The notes below the pieces were generated by a model. It was not told where the DNA came from, did no database searches, and saw nothing but the letters and a program-made list of their open reading frames with translations. Shown one piece after another: positions 41,593-53,977 of a stretch of 64,000 nucleotides of DNA. Made by a program: the position numbers and the translations under genes. Numbering within the stretch: position 1 is the first letter of the stretch; each line of letters begins with the position of its first letter. This stretch comes from Antedon mediterranea (Eukaryota; Animalia; Echinodermata): contig NC_092678.1 in the NCBI RefSeq assembly GCF_964355755.1, forward strand, positions 9,254,422 to 9,318,421, read 5' to 3'.

Positions 41593-41713
41593 GAGGCCTG
41601 AATGTAATTCAGGAGTAGGTGAAACCCCTATGTATGTTAATGTGAGAATGGAGGATGGTAAGACGATTAATTCATGGATTGACTCGTTACAGGCAGCATT
41701 CTCAGGAGTTCAG
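41593..41713 (+). CDS. EDEM1: EDEM1 exon G (121 bp): RPECNSGVGETPMYVNVRMEDGKTINSWIDSLQAAFSGVQ
   Basis: aatag|...CAG|gtatct; CNxGxG..P.YVNV and WIDSLQA are EDEM1-type. Confidence 0.95.
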
Positions 41714-44489
41714 GTATCTATAGTGTTTTTTATTGCATTTTAATTCTTGTTCTTCCTATTTTAAAGATGTATTGTCTCCCAAAAACATGAAAAGGAAGAT
41801 TACTAAATCAGATTTCGAATGAGCCATTTGCAGTTTTAAAAAGCTATTCACTTCTGCAGAAAAAAACTTTCACTTACATTGTGAATACCCCAGTAAAGAG
41901 ACGTGCGCCGCGTTATTTGTATCTAATGAACTATTTTCACTTATATCTGTTTACGTGAATACACCATGCCTAGAAAGAAGCTAGGCCTACCGTGGCAAGC
42001 ACCAGCTCGAAAATCAAATCACAGCCTGGAATTAGCCTAAGGCCAAGCAAAACAGTCGTGTAGTTTTTTTTTGACAAGATATTATAGGCAGAGTGTTATT
42101 TTGTTTTTTTTTTAAATGGGACTGCGGTGTAAATGACCAGGTGCATATCGATACTTCATACTCAATTTCTGCTCCCAAATAACTCTTTAAATTTGCTGTC
42201 ATTAAAAAAAAACCGTTAACATTACCCAAAATGCAATAATAAAAACTATGAGAGCACTTGAATTATAGTGTATCACTTGCATATCACTAAAACATCGAAA
42301 CAGTTATGTTCTAACTTGACCAGTAGATGCATGTATATCTGTAGTTGTGCACCTGACTTTAGTTTAATGAAAATAGCTCAACTACTAATTCTTAAATTGA
42401 ATATAAATTTAAAGCTAACAGCCTTTTTTAAAAATGAAACTTTACACATGTACTGTTAGACTTGCCCCAAGTCATGTATTCATTGTCTTTTTTTTTTATT
42501 TATTTGTTTTTATTTCGATTTTTCTCTGAAAATACAGACTTGTGAATCACGTCTAGAAATTGATTTGCAGACCGCACAAACAAATATTTATAAAATTATA
42601 ATTTATATCATGGGTAAACTTTCTATGGAGTAAAAAATGGTTCCACACGAAGTTTCGCACATAAACGCATTTGAAAATTAAAAATGTGCAACATTTATTT
42701 ATAATGAATTTCACGTACTGTTTCAGGTCATTTTTTAAGCATTTCAATTGTTTGCGTTTTGTGCGCATACCTGTGCGTTGCTCGTACAAAGGGTAGAAAA
42801 ATGGTTTTTGCAATTGATTTTTGTTTTACATACATTGTAGTAGATTTCATTCATTTTAATGAACTTTAATTGCAAAATATGGTGCACATGTTAATATATA
42901 AGTTTGTGGTACACCACATATATTATTTCTGAAAAGAACTGTTGAGTTTCTTGATGTTTCGATTGATATCGTCCTTAAGTAATTTCTAACTAGATTTGAA
43001 CTCGTCTCTTTGACAAGTTTGGGTTGAATTAAATATGTTTACAGTGTGGAATTGTACCTATTTTGTGTCATAAAGCATAACAGTATTTACAGAATAATCA
43101 GTGTAGCAAAGATGAAACTACGAGACCCATTTTTTGATCCAATTTTTAACTTGATGACATCATCAAAATGTAATATAAAGATAGCAATTTTAAAAGATAA
43201 TTATCTAAATAATTACATTAATGAAAATTTTAAGAATTTTAGACACGAAAAGCGAGCCATTTTAAATGAGGTGAATTTTTACGAAAGAGATGAAAACCTG
43301 ACTTTTTTAATTCAACTGGAAATATAATGACGTCACAACAGCCGATTCTCAAAAGAAAACGTTTAATCATGAGTATCACTTTTCATTCTGAGGAGCTATA
43401 ACAATGGAATGATGAAAATAAGTGACCCAATTTATTCACACTTTTGAACATGATGACGTCATCACAATTTAATAAATGGTAAATCATGCAAAATATAATT
43501 GATTTACCTAGGCAATATAAAAAAATGGGGAGAAATGAAATACGGATAAGTGGAGATGCGCTCTATTAAATGTGATGATCGCTATGATGAAAGAGACAAA
43601 AATCCTATATTTTATATTTGAGTGGCCATACGATGACATCACAATGTCCGGTTAGCCATATTGATGCATAATCCGATTTTAACAACTCATCTCTTCCAGA
43701 ATATGTAATAAAAATAAACTTTACCGTGTAGTTTAGAAACTATGACTGTTTAAAAAAGGCATAATTTTGACGAATTTTTTAACCTTTTTGTCAAAAAAGT
43801 GCACAAATTGTCCAATTCGACATGCTCGTATGACGTGATTTTAAGTCGAATTTGTTAAGTTGGTAAAATTACTAGAAAAGGCTGGAAAAAAATAAATCAT
43901 GTGAAAAAAGATGTTTTTAGCACTACGTGCGCACCGTATTCAAATCAAATTTTGCTCTTATCAATTCACATAGTGTGCACGGAATGTAAAAAAAATGTTT
44001 TTTACTTAAATTATATTTTTCAGTCTATCCTAGGGCCTGTTTCTGTGTTTCTGCTGCATACAAATAACCGGTTAAAATCGGTGTGAATAAATTAACTCAT
44101 CTTTCAATTCGGTGTTGGAACACTGTTTAGCCAGTTATCACTAAGCAATTTTTAGCTGCAACACGAAACAGTTATTTGATTGACAGTTGTTACCCTGAGT
44201 CATATACGTTCGAGTAACATGTGTGTTTTCCTCAAGGTTTTGACAGTAGAACAAACAAGTGAAAATTTTTTTGGACGAATGAAATCACAAGATATGTTAT
44301 TTAGTTGTGGAAGGAAAAGAAAGTACGGAGAAGGATGGTGGGCAATAGAAAAAATTGACAGATATTTAAGAGCATTGTTGCGAAAGTGAAAGAGGAATTT
44401 GGGGTGGAGTTTTGGTGAACTATCCAAGTAACAAATAAGCTAAAAAATTGGAGGCGTCAATACACGCTCGCGAAGGGTTGGTCCTACAC

Positions 44490-44915
44490 TGTCACAAACT
44501 CCTCTTACATATGTTTCCGAGCGGTTGCAAATACTTCAAGAACTCGCTTGTGACATAAAAGTATACATACAAAATCTACAAAGTTGTAAAATAACTCAAA
44601 AAACAAGGCTTTAATTTCAATCAACTTCAACTTTCAACTTTCCAGTAAGCACTTTAAACAACAGCTTCACAATAACTTTTACAATCGAATATCCAACAAC
44701 CTTACAATAGTTTTACATCCCTATACGAGATGTTCCTATCCTTCTAGATCATTCTTTATACTTCTTCTATGGGATTACAGTTTCTATTAATAGCACTTCT
44801 GGAATGTTCCTGATGGTTCTTAATAAATATACATGGTTTCTTAAATCAAAACATCTAATTCTAGAATGTTCATGTAGACACTATGATACTGTGTTAGGAA
44901 TGGTAATTTATTACA
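44490..44915 (-). mobile_element. Solo-LTR-like element
   Basis: TG...CA termini; inverted homologue at 45600-46065; AACCGCTCGGA motif near the 3' end. Confidence 0.6.
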
Positions 44916-45599
44916 CCTACTAAACACCAAACGGAAACAAAATGGGACTCAAAATGTTGAAAATACCTACCAAACGAGAGTAAATAATATTTCATTAATT
45001 ATTGAAAGCATAAATTTTATAGCAAAAATCGTATTGCATTTTGGGTAATGATGATGTTTTGTGTCAATGACCACCGGTTATTTCGGAGCATAAATTGAGC
45101 AGCACGCAGTCTTGTTATTTTTATCTATTTTTAATCTATTTTAAAGTAATTTAGCAATTTTGTTATTATTGCAAACAGATAAGTTGTAGATATGAATTCA
45201 TGCAAAATTTTTACTTCTTTAACGTATGGCCAACCGAATATAAAATATAGGATTTTTGTCTTTTTCGTCATACAGTAGCTCATCACATTTAATAGGACGC
45301 ATCTCCCTTTATCCAATAAGTCTCCCAGATTTTATTATTTGTTTGCTCAATCAATTATCTTTTGCAAGAGTTACAATTTAATTTTGATGACGTCATCATG
45401 TTCCAAAGTGTGAATAACATGAGTCACAGTCACTTGTTTTTCATCATCCTTACAGTAAATTTCAATGTTATACTGTAGCTCCTAAGAATGAAAAGTGATG
45501 CTCATGATTAAAACGTTTTCTGGAAGCTATTGAATTGTGATACAAATTCATGTTAACATTTAGGCTATTGGATGTTGTGAAGTCATCATATGGCCATGG

Positions 45600-46065
45600 T
45601 GTAGTAAATTACCAGTAATTACAGATACAGTAAAGTATTACATGAACATTCTAGAATAAGATGTTTGATTTAAGAAACCATGTATAATTAATAAGAACAA
45701 TCAGGAACATTTCAGAAGTGATATTAATAGAAAATCCAATAGAGTAAGAAGTATAAGGAATGATCTAGAATGTTATTAACATATTGTATCAAAGGGAAGT
45801 ATGACAATTGTAAGATGAGAGAAGGATTTTTTGATTAAAGCATTTATTTTGAAGAAGGTTGGATTAGAGGTTGGATATTCAATTGTAACAGTTATTGTGA
45901 AGCTAATGTTTAAAGTGCTTACTGGATTGTTGAAACTTAAGTTGAAGTTTGTTTTTGAGTTATTTTACAACTTTGTGGATTTTGTGTGTATATTTTTATG
46001 TCACAAGGGAGATTCCTAAAGTATTTTCAACCGCTCGGAAACATACGTAAAGGGAAATGGTGACA
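45600..46065 (+). mobile_element. Solo-LTR-like element inserted in a family B repeat
   Basis: TGTAGTAA...GTGACA interrupting the host motif ggcca..ttgaattcaaaaagtc (intact at ~14770). Confidence 0.65.
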
Positions 46066-46398
46066 CCATTGAATTCAAAAAGTCATATTTTCCTCTTCAT
46101 CATGTTAAAAATTAGAATTAAAGTGGGGTCCCATATTTTCACTTATGCTAAACTGTGTGTATACAGTATACTAGATACACTGCACAACACAAAATAAACA
46201 GAATTGAGCACCAACAACATATATTCTTCAGGTCATAATGGCATAATCTTTTTTTAGAGCAATTTCTAACGTATGGCATGCACATGGCATTGGGTGTGCG
46301 TATAACTAACTTGTTCAAATCTAGTTCTTCTTTCTTTCAGGCCATTTTTTGTGTCTCGCGTATCTCTATAATAAGAACATTTCTTAATTTCGCAAAAT

Positions 46399-49145
46399 AA
46401 AATTAGCGCCGTGGGAATTACTTCCAAAAGAGAAACTTGTCACAAAGTGAGACCAATTGTTTGAGTCAAATTTAAACAAACTTAATTTGTGTTTTGTATG
46501 TAACATTAGGGTTGAGGGATGGGGAAGAGGATGGGTGCAAAGAGGAACTTTTGAAATATATTCTTTATCCATTTAGTAACGAAATATTAATTGTTTTCAT
46601 GTTTTTACAAATAATATACCACTAAACACAGTAAAACATTGCGATACTTTGTTGAAACTGCACCGTCGCCTATAGTCAATTTAACAGTACAGTACATGTA
46701 ACAATCACTACGATTTTTTATTTATTTATTTTTTTTTGTAATTTTTACAGTATTAATTAATACAAATGTTTAAGCAACTGTGAGTAATAAAGTTTATTTT
46801 TATATGTTTATAATGTAAAATAATTTGTGAAAACTACCTATTCGGGGCAAATCGTAAATTCGCTTTAATCGTCAATAAATGTTAAATTATTTAACTCAAC
46901 TTAATTAGTAGGCCTAATGGTTTTCAATTGTTTCTTAGAGCCAATTCATACCTAATCTAACCACCAAAGTTGTTCTGCGTTTAGGGCATGTGATCCTTCG
47001 TACCGTAGGCCTATTCTCTACTGGCTTTACAACTCTACTCATCCCAGTGAGGTGGTGTGGGTGGTTTAACTGCAATAATAAAGTTTTGTACATAATAGAC
47101 GGCGACTGAAAATACATCCGTTTAAAAAAAGAAACCTATATCCAACCTCTGCAGCACAGATTGAAACAAAAATGGATCGAATTTCTGTTACCGTATGAGT
47201 GTACTTGCTATTACGATGCCTAGGAATAGACACTTGTGGAACAGAGATTGGAATGTTCCATTCATAATTGCCAATCAATACATTGTATAAACGTATATTA
47301 AATCTATCAAAATAGTATTTTTTAAAGAAAATTGGCCTGTCTTCAACATTATGATTGATTCTGTACTCGAGCTATTCAACTGGTTTTCAGCTATCTATAT
47401 ATAAATTTACGTAAGGGCAAAATTCGGTAAATCGCGCGTTATTTCTAGAATGTTTACTCGATGGTATGTAAAGTTGGTTCGTACTTTCGGTACTGATTTT
47501 AACCACCTGATGTAACCCTGTTTACAAATTAAATTGAGTTCGATAATTAGTTATTGACGATTAAAACAAATTTAGGTTCAACGATTTGCCCCAAATAGGG
47601 GTGTTTTTAGATCGTGGTATTTTTAGATCGTGGTATACACTGTCTAATGGATGTCCGTCTTGAAAAATACCCGCAGACAATAATACAACGATGCTTTGCG
47701 TTTTCCTATCTCCTCCTACGATAGTTGTTTTTCATGGCTGAAAACCGGCTGAACAGCTCGAGTACAGCATCATAATGTTGAAGACAGGCCGATTTTCTTT
47801 AAAAAATTCTATTTTGATAGATTTAATATACGTTTATACAAATGTATTTATTTGCGATGAATGGAACATTCCAATCTCTGTTCCACAAGTGTCTATTCCC
47901 TCAGGCGTCGTAAAGGCAAGTACTGTATGACTCATAACAGAAATTCGATCCATTTCTTTTCAATCTGTGCAGCTAGCTGCAGAGGTTGGATATACATTTT
48001 TTTTTAAACGGATAATGAGCTAGCGTTTTCAGTCGCCGTATATTATGTGTACAAATCTTTATTATTGCAGTTAAACCACCCACATCATCACCCTTCCCTC
48101 ACTGGCATGAGTAGCATTGTAAAGCCAGTAGAGCATAGGCCTACGGTGCATCACATGCCCTAAACGCAGAACAACTTTGGTGGGTAGGGTAGGAACCAAC
48201 TTAAGTATGAATTGGCTCTAAGAAACAATTGAAAACCATTAGGCCTACTAATTAAGTTGAGTTAGATAATTTAATATTTATTGACGATTAAATCGAATTT
48301 ATGATTTTCCCCGAATAGAGGTGGTTTTCACAAATTGTTTTACATTATATGTTGTAGTGATGTATCATGTACTACCGTATTTCAATCGACTAGGGCGGTG
48401 ATAGTTTCAACAAAGTATTACATCGCAATGTTTTACTGTCTTTAGTGGTATATTATTTGTAAAACATGAAAACAATTAATATTTCGTTACTAAATGGATA
48501 AAGAATATATTTAAAAATTGTTCCTCTTTAAACCCATCCTCTTCCCCATCCCTCAACCCTAATGTTACATACAAAACACAAATTAAGTTTCTTTAAATTT
48601 GACTTAAACAATTGGTCTCATTTTGTGACAAGTTTCTCTTTCGGAAGTAATTCCCAGGGTGCTAATTTTAGTTGAGTACATAAATCAGTGTCTATTTATT
48701 CGTTCCTGTAAACGACATGTATTATTGTACGTACATTTGAAATCGCCATTTTTTTAACGCTGAAATTATTATGTATTCGAGAACCATCTGTGGGCACGAC
48801 CTAAATGGTACACGAGCGAAGCGAGCGTACCATCTAGTTAAAAACAATTATCGTAGGAGAAGATAGGAAATTGCGAAACATCCTCACATTATTGTGTGCC
48901 ATTAGACAGTGTATACCACGATCGGAAAACATCCCTTTTTGGGGCGAATCGTTGAACCTAAATTCGTCTAAATTGTCAATAACTAATTTATCTAATCTAA
49001 CTCAATTTAATTAGTAAACAGGGTTATATCAGGTGGTTAAAATCAGTACCGAAAGTACGAACAAACTTTATATACCATCGAGTGAAAATTCTAGAAGTAA
49101 GGTGCGATTTACCGAATGTTGCCCTTACGTAAATTTATATATAGA
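46399..49145 (-). mobile_element. Host Helitron family A copy split by the plus-strand copy (46399-47393 and 48838-49145)
   Basis: Both parts are reverse complements of contiguous parts of the inserted copy; minus-strand 5' TC at 49145. Confidence 0.88.
47394..48837 (+). mobile_element. Complete non-autonomous Helitron (family A), 1444 bp
   Basis: A|TCTATATATA...hairpin...CTAG|T with no TSD; inserted into an antiparallel copy of itself. Confidence 0.9.
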
Positions 49146-50057
49146 CTAAATGGTACGCGAGCGAAGCGAGCGTACCATCTAGTTCGTGCCCACAGATGGT
49201 TCTCGAATACATAGTAATTTCAGCGTAAAAAAAATGGCGATTTCAAATGTACGTACGGCAGGACTATAAAACATTGTCGTTTACAGAAACAAATAGACAC
49301 AATGATTTATGTAGTCAACCACAATTAGCACCTAGAAACAAAATGAGTTCAAATTTGTTATTTGGACTCATTTAAACAAACCCAATTTTGTATCTATTAG
49401 AGTTTAGGATTTTGTATCTAACAATAGAGTTGAGCGGTGGGGATGAGGATAGGTACTAAGAGGAAAATTTTTTTAATATATTCTTTATATTAAATTATTC
49501 TTTATATTTCTTTATTATCCACTCAGTAACGAAATATTTTTTTATAGGCCTATAAATAATATACCACTAAATAGAGTAAAACATTTCCGATTTAATACTT
49601 TATTAAAACTGTCACTGTCTCATGGTCGATTGAAATAGTAAAGTACCTTTAAAGACCACTAATACGTTTATATTTTTGTAATTATTAATTAATACAAATG
49701 TTGAGAAACAACTCACAGTATTAAAGTATTATATTATTATGTGTTTATAATCTAAAAGTAGGGGCTACCCACACTCACAGTGATAAAGTTTATTATTATA
49801 TTTGTTTATATTATATCTAACAGTACCAACACACTTTTGATTCAAATGGGGATCAAATGTGGTTAATACCTATTTGCAGTATTGTATAGCATTACAATAC
49901 TATTTCTGTTTATTCTCCCAGGGTCTATAAATTTACCTACTTGTGTTAAACCATGGAGGTATGCAAGTGTTAAACCAAATAATTTGGAATGTTCCATTCA
50001 TTGCAAATCAATACATTTGTATAAACGTATATTAAATCTATCAAAATAGTATTTTTT
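49146..50057 (-). mobile_element. Third, partial Helitron family A copy joined head-to-tail to the host copy
   Basis: 49183-49330 is the reverse complement of ~48660-48800; junction TTAG|TC on the minus strand. Confidence 0.8.
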
Positions 50058-50492
50058 CATTCATGTCAATGGTGACCAACTGTGTTTTTTTCACTTATTA
50101 TTGAAGCTGATGATTTGTAGATGTGAATTCATCATATTATGGCCATTCAAATTTTTTTAATAGGGTTTTTTCTCTTCTGTGCTATTTATTAAATTTGATA
50201 AAGCGCATGAACCCCAATCTTTCCTATATTTTGTTATTTTCGTAGGGAGTTTGTTGTTTAGGATAACTAAGAAAGAGGTTTTCCAACAGCTTTACAACAA
50301 GATTTGTATTGTAATGAATTTTGAAAACCACATAAGTGGGAGGTGGGTATAGTTTGAAGAAATTATAGTTGACCTCAACAACTAGTAGTACAGTATTTAA
50401 AAATTTTTCCAGAAAGAAAGATCTGTAAGGTAATTGAACCCAACACTTATTTGGTTTGGAATCCACTATATCCACATATTTTTTCTTCTCAG

Positions 50493-50663
50493 GTTTTGAA
50501 AGGTGACATTGACGAGGCAATATGTAATCATGCAATTTATTATGCTATCTGGAGAAAATATGGCGCCCTCCCCGAACGTTACAACTGGCACTTGAAAAAA
50601 CCTGAAGTTTTCTTTTACCCCCTTCGACCTGAACTTGCAGAATCTACCTACTTTTTATACCAG
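50493..50663 (+). CDS. EDEM1: EDEM1 exon H (171 bp): [32 protein letters not shown]...[16 protein letters not shown]
   Basis: cttctcag|...CAG|gtttgg; YPLRPE.xES catalytic motif. Confidence 0.96.
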
Positions 50664-50854
50664 GTTTGGATTTATTTTTTGGATAATGTTTTTCTCATTT
50701 TTTTAAAAATATTTTCTCTGTTTCTTATTAGTGTTAGTTGAATATCAACCAGCAACATTTGTTAAAATTTCACTATAAACGTATTAATTGAAGATTTATG
50801 ATTTGACTAAAAGTTGTAAATGCCATAGAGTGAAATTTGATGGTAATTGTAACA

Positions 50855-53800
50855 GGTGTCTAGAAAACTCAGATCTAGAAAACTCAGATCTAAGATATGT
50901 CAAAATCTGAGTTTTCTAGTTCCAGAATCAAAAATCATTTATTTTGTCTCATAAAAATACAATATAAAAAAACATGGACATGAACAAGAAAACATCACAC
51001 AAAACCAGGCAGAGACAGGATTCCTAAAAAGCGAACTTAATCACTATCTAGTAGGTCTCCTATTGCACTGATTGTATAAAAAACATTTAGAATAAAATTT
51101 GTATTAACAATTAAAATTGCATATACAGTAATACTATATCAAAATAAATTAAAATATATTACAATATCATTAAAAATCGTCAATAAATAGCAAAATCTTA
51201 CTTAAAATATATTTTAAGCTTATTTATAAAAGTCTTAAATACCTGTATTTAGAATTAATGAATCCCTTATTTCTACTGGTAGTTCCTCCCATGCACGGGG
51301 AAATAAGTGGAAAATTGAGTATTTTAAAGAATTTGTCCGGGCGAAAGGGTGTACAAATATGAGATGATCACCGTGACGAGGGTTGATTGAAATATGGTTT
51401 AAAATATCCACAGTATATATGCCATAAAGACATTTGACAATAAATGACATGGATAAGAGTTGGAAATGTTTTTCAAGTGAACTTAATCCTAAAACATTAA
51501 GACGTCGTTCATAGGAAATATTGTCCTCATAGAAAAAAATTTTAGTCATTCGGCGTTGAACTTGTTTCAATGAGTAGAGATGTCCTTTTTGGTAAGGTAA
51601 CCAAGCAGGTATACCATATTCAATAATCGGACGTACAATAGCACAGAATAATTTTGGAATTACAATAGTGTCTCTGCAACGAACAATGCGCTTAATAAAA
51701 CCCATTAATTTTGAAGCTTTTGATCTTGTCTGAGACACATGTAATCCCCAATCTAATTTTGAAGTAAAAGTTACCCCAATGTACTTGTATGAGGTAACCT
51801 GGCTCAAGGTGTCAACCCCTATTTTATAATTATTACCAAGTTTACTTAACCTAGATGACCTTGTTATGCGCATACATTTACATTTTGTTGAATTCAGAAG
51901 CATTTTATTGGTTATGCTCCATTGAAGAATACAGGTTAAATCATTCTGAAATGACTGATGGTCTTCAGGAGATCAAATAGCTCTATATATAACTGTATCA
52001 TCTGCATATTGCAATATATGAGATGAGATAACAGCTGGCATATCAAAAACAAAGATATTAAATAACATGGGACCTAAAACTGATCCCCGAGGAACGCCAG
52101 ACTGAACATTACAGGTATTGGAAGCAGTTCCTCGAAATAATACTTGCTGCGATCTACCCTTCAAATATGAAACAAACCATTGTAACACTGAACCTCGTAA
52201 TCCATAGTCATGTAGCTTTTTAAGTAAAATAGGATGACTTATGCGATCGAAAGCTTTGTTCCAATCCAAAAAAATTACATCAATTGGAGGAGGGGTTCTC
52301 TCATCTAAAACTTTAGCCCAGTAATAGTAAGTGGTGCTAAGTATCGTTTGACTAGACCTTCCAGCTACAAAACCATGTTGACAGGTTGACAATAGTTTGT
52401 GAGAATCTAAATGATCGAACAAGTGCCTACTGCGACCACTCTTTCTAATAACTTGCCAACTGTTGAACAAAGGGAAACCGGTCTATAATTGGTGATATCA
52501 TTGGTTGCACCAGCCTTGTGTATAGGAATAACATTTGCCATTTTCTATTCGGAGGGGAAAACACCTATGGAGAGTGACAAATTAAATATTTTGGCCAGAG
52601 GCTCACAAATGTATGCAGCCGCTAACTTAAGCATTGTAGATGTGATGCCATCTGGGCCAGGTGCTTTACCTTTTTGTAATTTGTTAATAAGTCTAAGAAT
52701 TTTAGCCGGTGTTGTTTGAATATTAGAAAGAGGACGTAGGCCATTGAGATTACTACAATCATTAATAATAATATCAACATCAAATAAGGTCGTTGTGAGC
52801 GGCGATAAGACGATTTCTGTCACTGCGAAATATAGTATGAACTGGTACCAGTTCAGAATCCAAAATAGTGCTGTCCAGCCAAGTTTCGGTTATAAACATT
52901 AAGCTAGGAGCTTCATTGGCTATTGTAACTTGAAGTTCGCTTAGTTTATTTACAACACTACGGGCGTTAAAATAAAGCATGCTGGGTCTCAATCCAATTT
53001 TGCTATTGTCACCGTTTAAAACAGGACCGGGATTTGGGTGAACATCACCAGACATTTCTATATATCTATCAAATGTAGCGGTATGGTTGCTGTAATATAA
53101 TGTTGGAGCCGAGGATTTAAAACATTCCTTCCTGTTTAGACATCTACGTTGGCTTAGCCTGGAAATATTAAAAGTTAACTGCTTATCCGTGGTAATCTTG
53201 CATGTCATTATCATCGCCATACTTGTGTAGTATACACATACCAACCATACCAGCCATAGCGTACACAAGAAGTTATTGAAACCAAACATCGTTGTATATT
53301 GCAACAAATAACAGATCGGTAGTAGCACATAACCTCAAACTGACAGACTTATCCAAATCGAAAGTACAATAAGGTTAAAAGTACATGTTAAAACAGCAAT
53401 AAAGTTAAAAACGGTTAAAAACAGCAAACTACAGGCACAACAGCAAAATATAGTTAGAATCTGCATCCACTTGTATACGCAATGTGTTAAAATCTGTATT
53501 AAAAAACTGTGGTATCCAATCTAAATCAAACGTAAAAAAAAATCCAACTAATTGTTAGGCTCAAGGTTTGCCCGTGAGAGACATGCACTAAAGGAGTCAA
53601 ACCCCTTTAGACCGGGGTGGCGTGTCAAATGCTCAAATTGAAAAGGCCGGGCTAGCGAGCATCACTGTAACACGTCCTCACTTCACCAAAGCATAACACG
53701 TGCATGTTACAATATTAGTAAGAAAATGTATTTATTTATTTATACTCTAGTAGTTCAAATGACCTACCTTCTGATTAATAATGGAATGATCCAAATGACC

Positions 53801-53977
53801 TACCAACCAATCATTTGATGACCTGAGTTTTCTAATTCCATTCTGGAACTAGAAAACTCAGATATTGATATCTGAGTTTTCTAGATATAGAAACGTCAGA
53901 TCTGAGTTTTATAGATCTAGAAAACTCAAATATATCTGAGATCTGAGTTTTCTAGATCTGGGTTTTTGAGACACCCC
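50855..53977. mobile_element. MITE with ctagaaaactcagat subterminal repeats, interrupted by a LINE
   Basis: ggtgtct.gaaaactcagatctag at the left, inverted at ~53940-53977. Confidence 0.7.
50935..53480 (-). mobile_element. CR1-group LINE: hydrophobic leader - 2A-like peptide - APE (partly deleted) - RT
   Basis: SGDVHPNPGP, YFNARS, ITETWL, FRSDR; KAPGPDGI, QHGF, LDWNKAFD, SGVPRGSVLGP, YADD; frameshifted. Confidence 0.9.
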
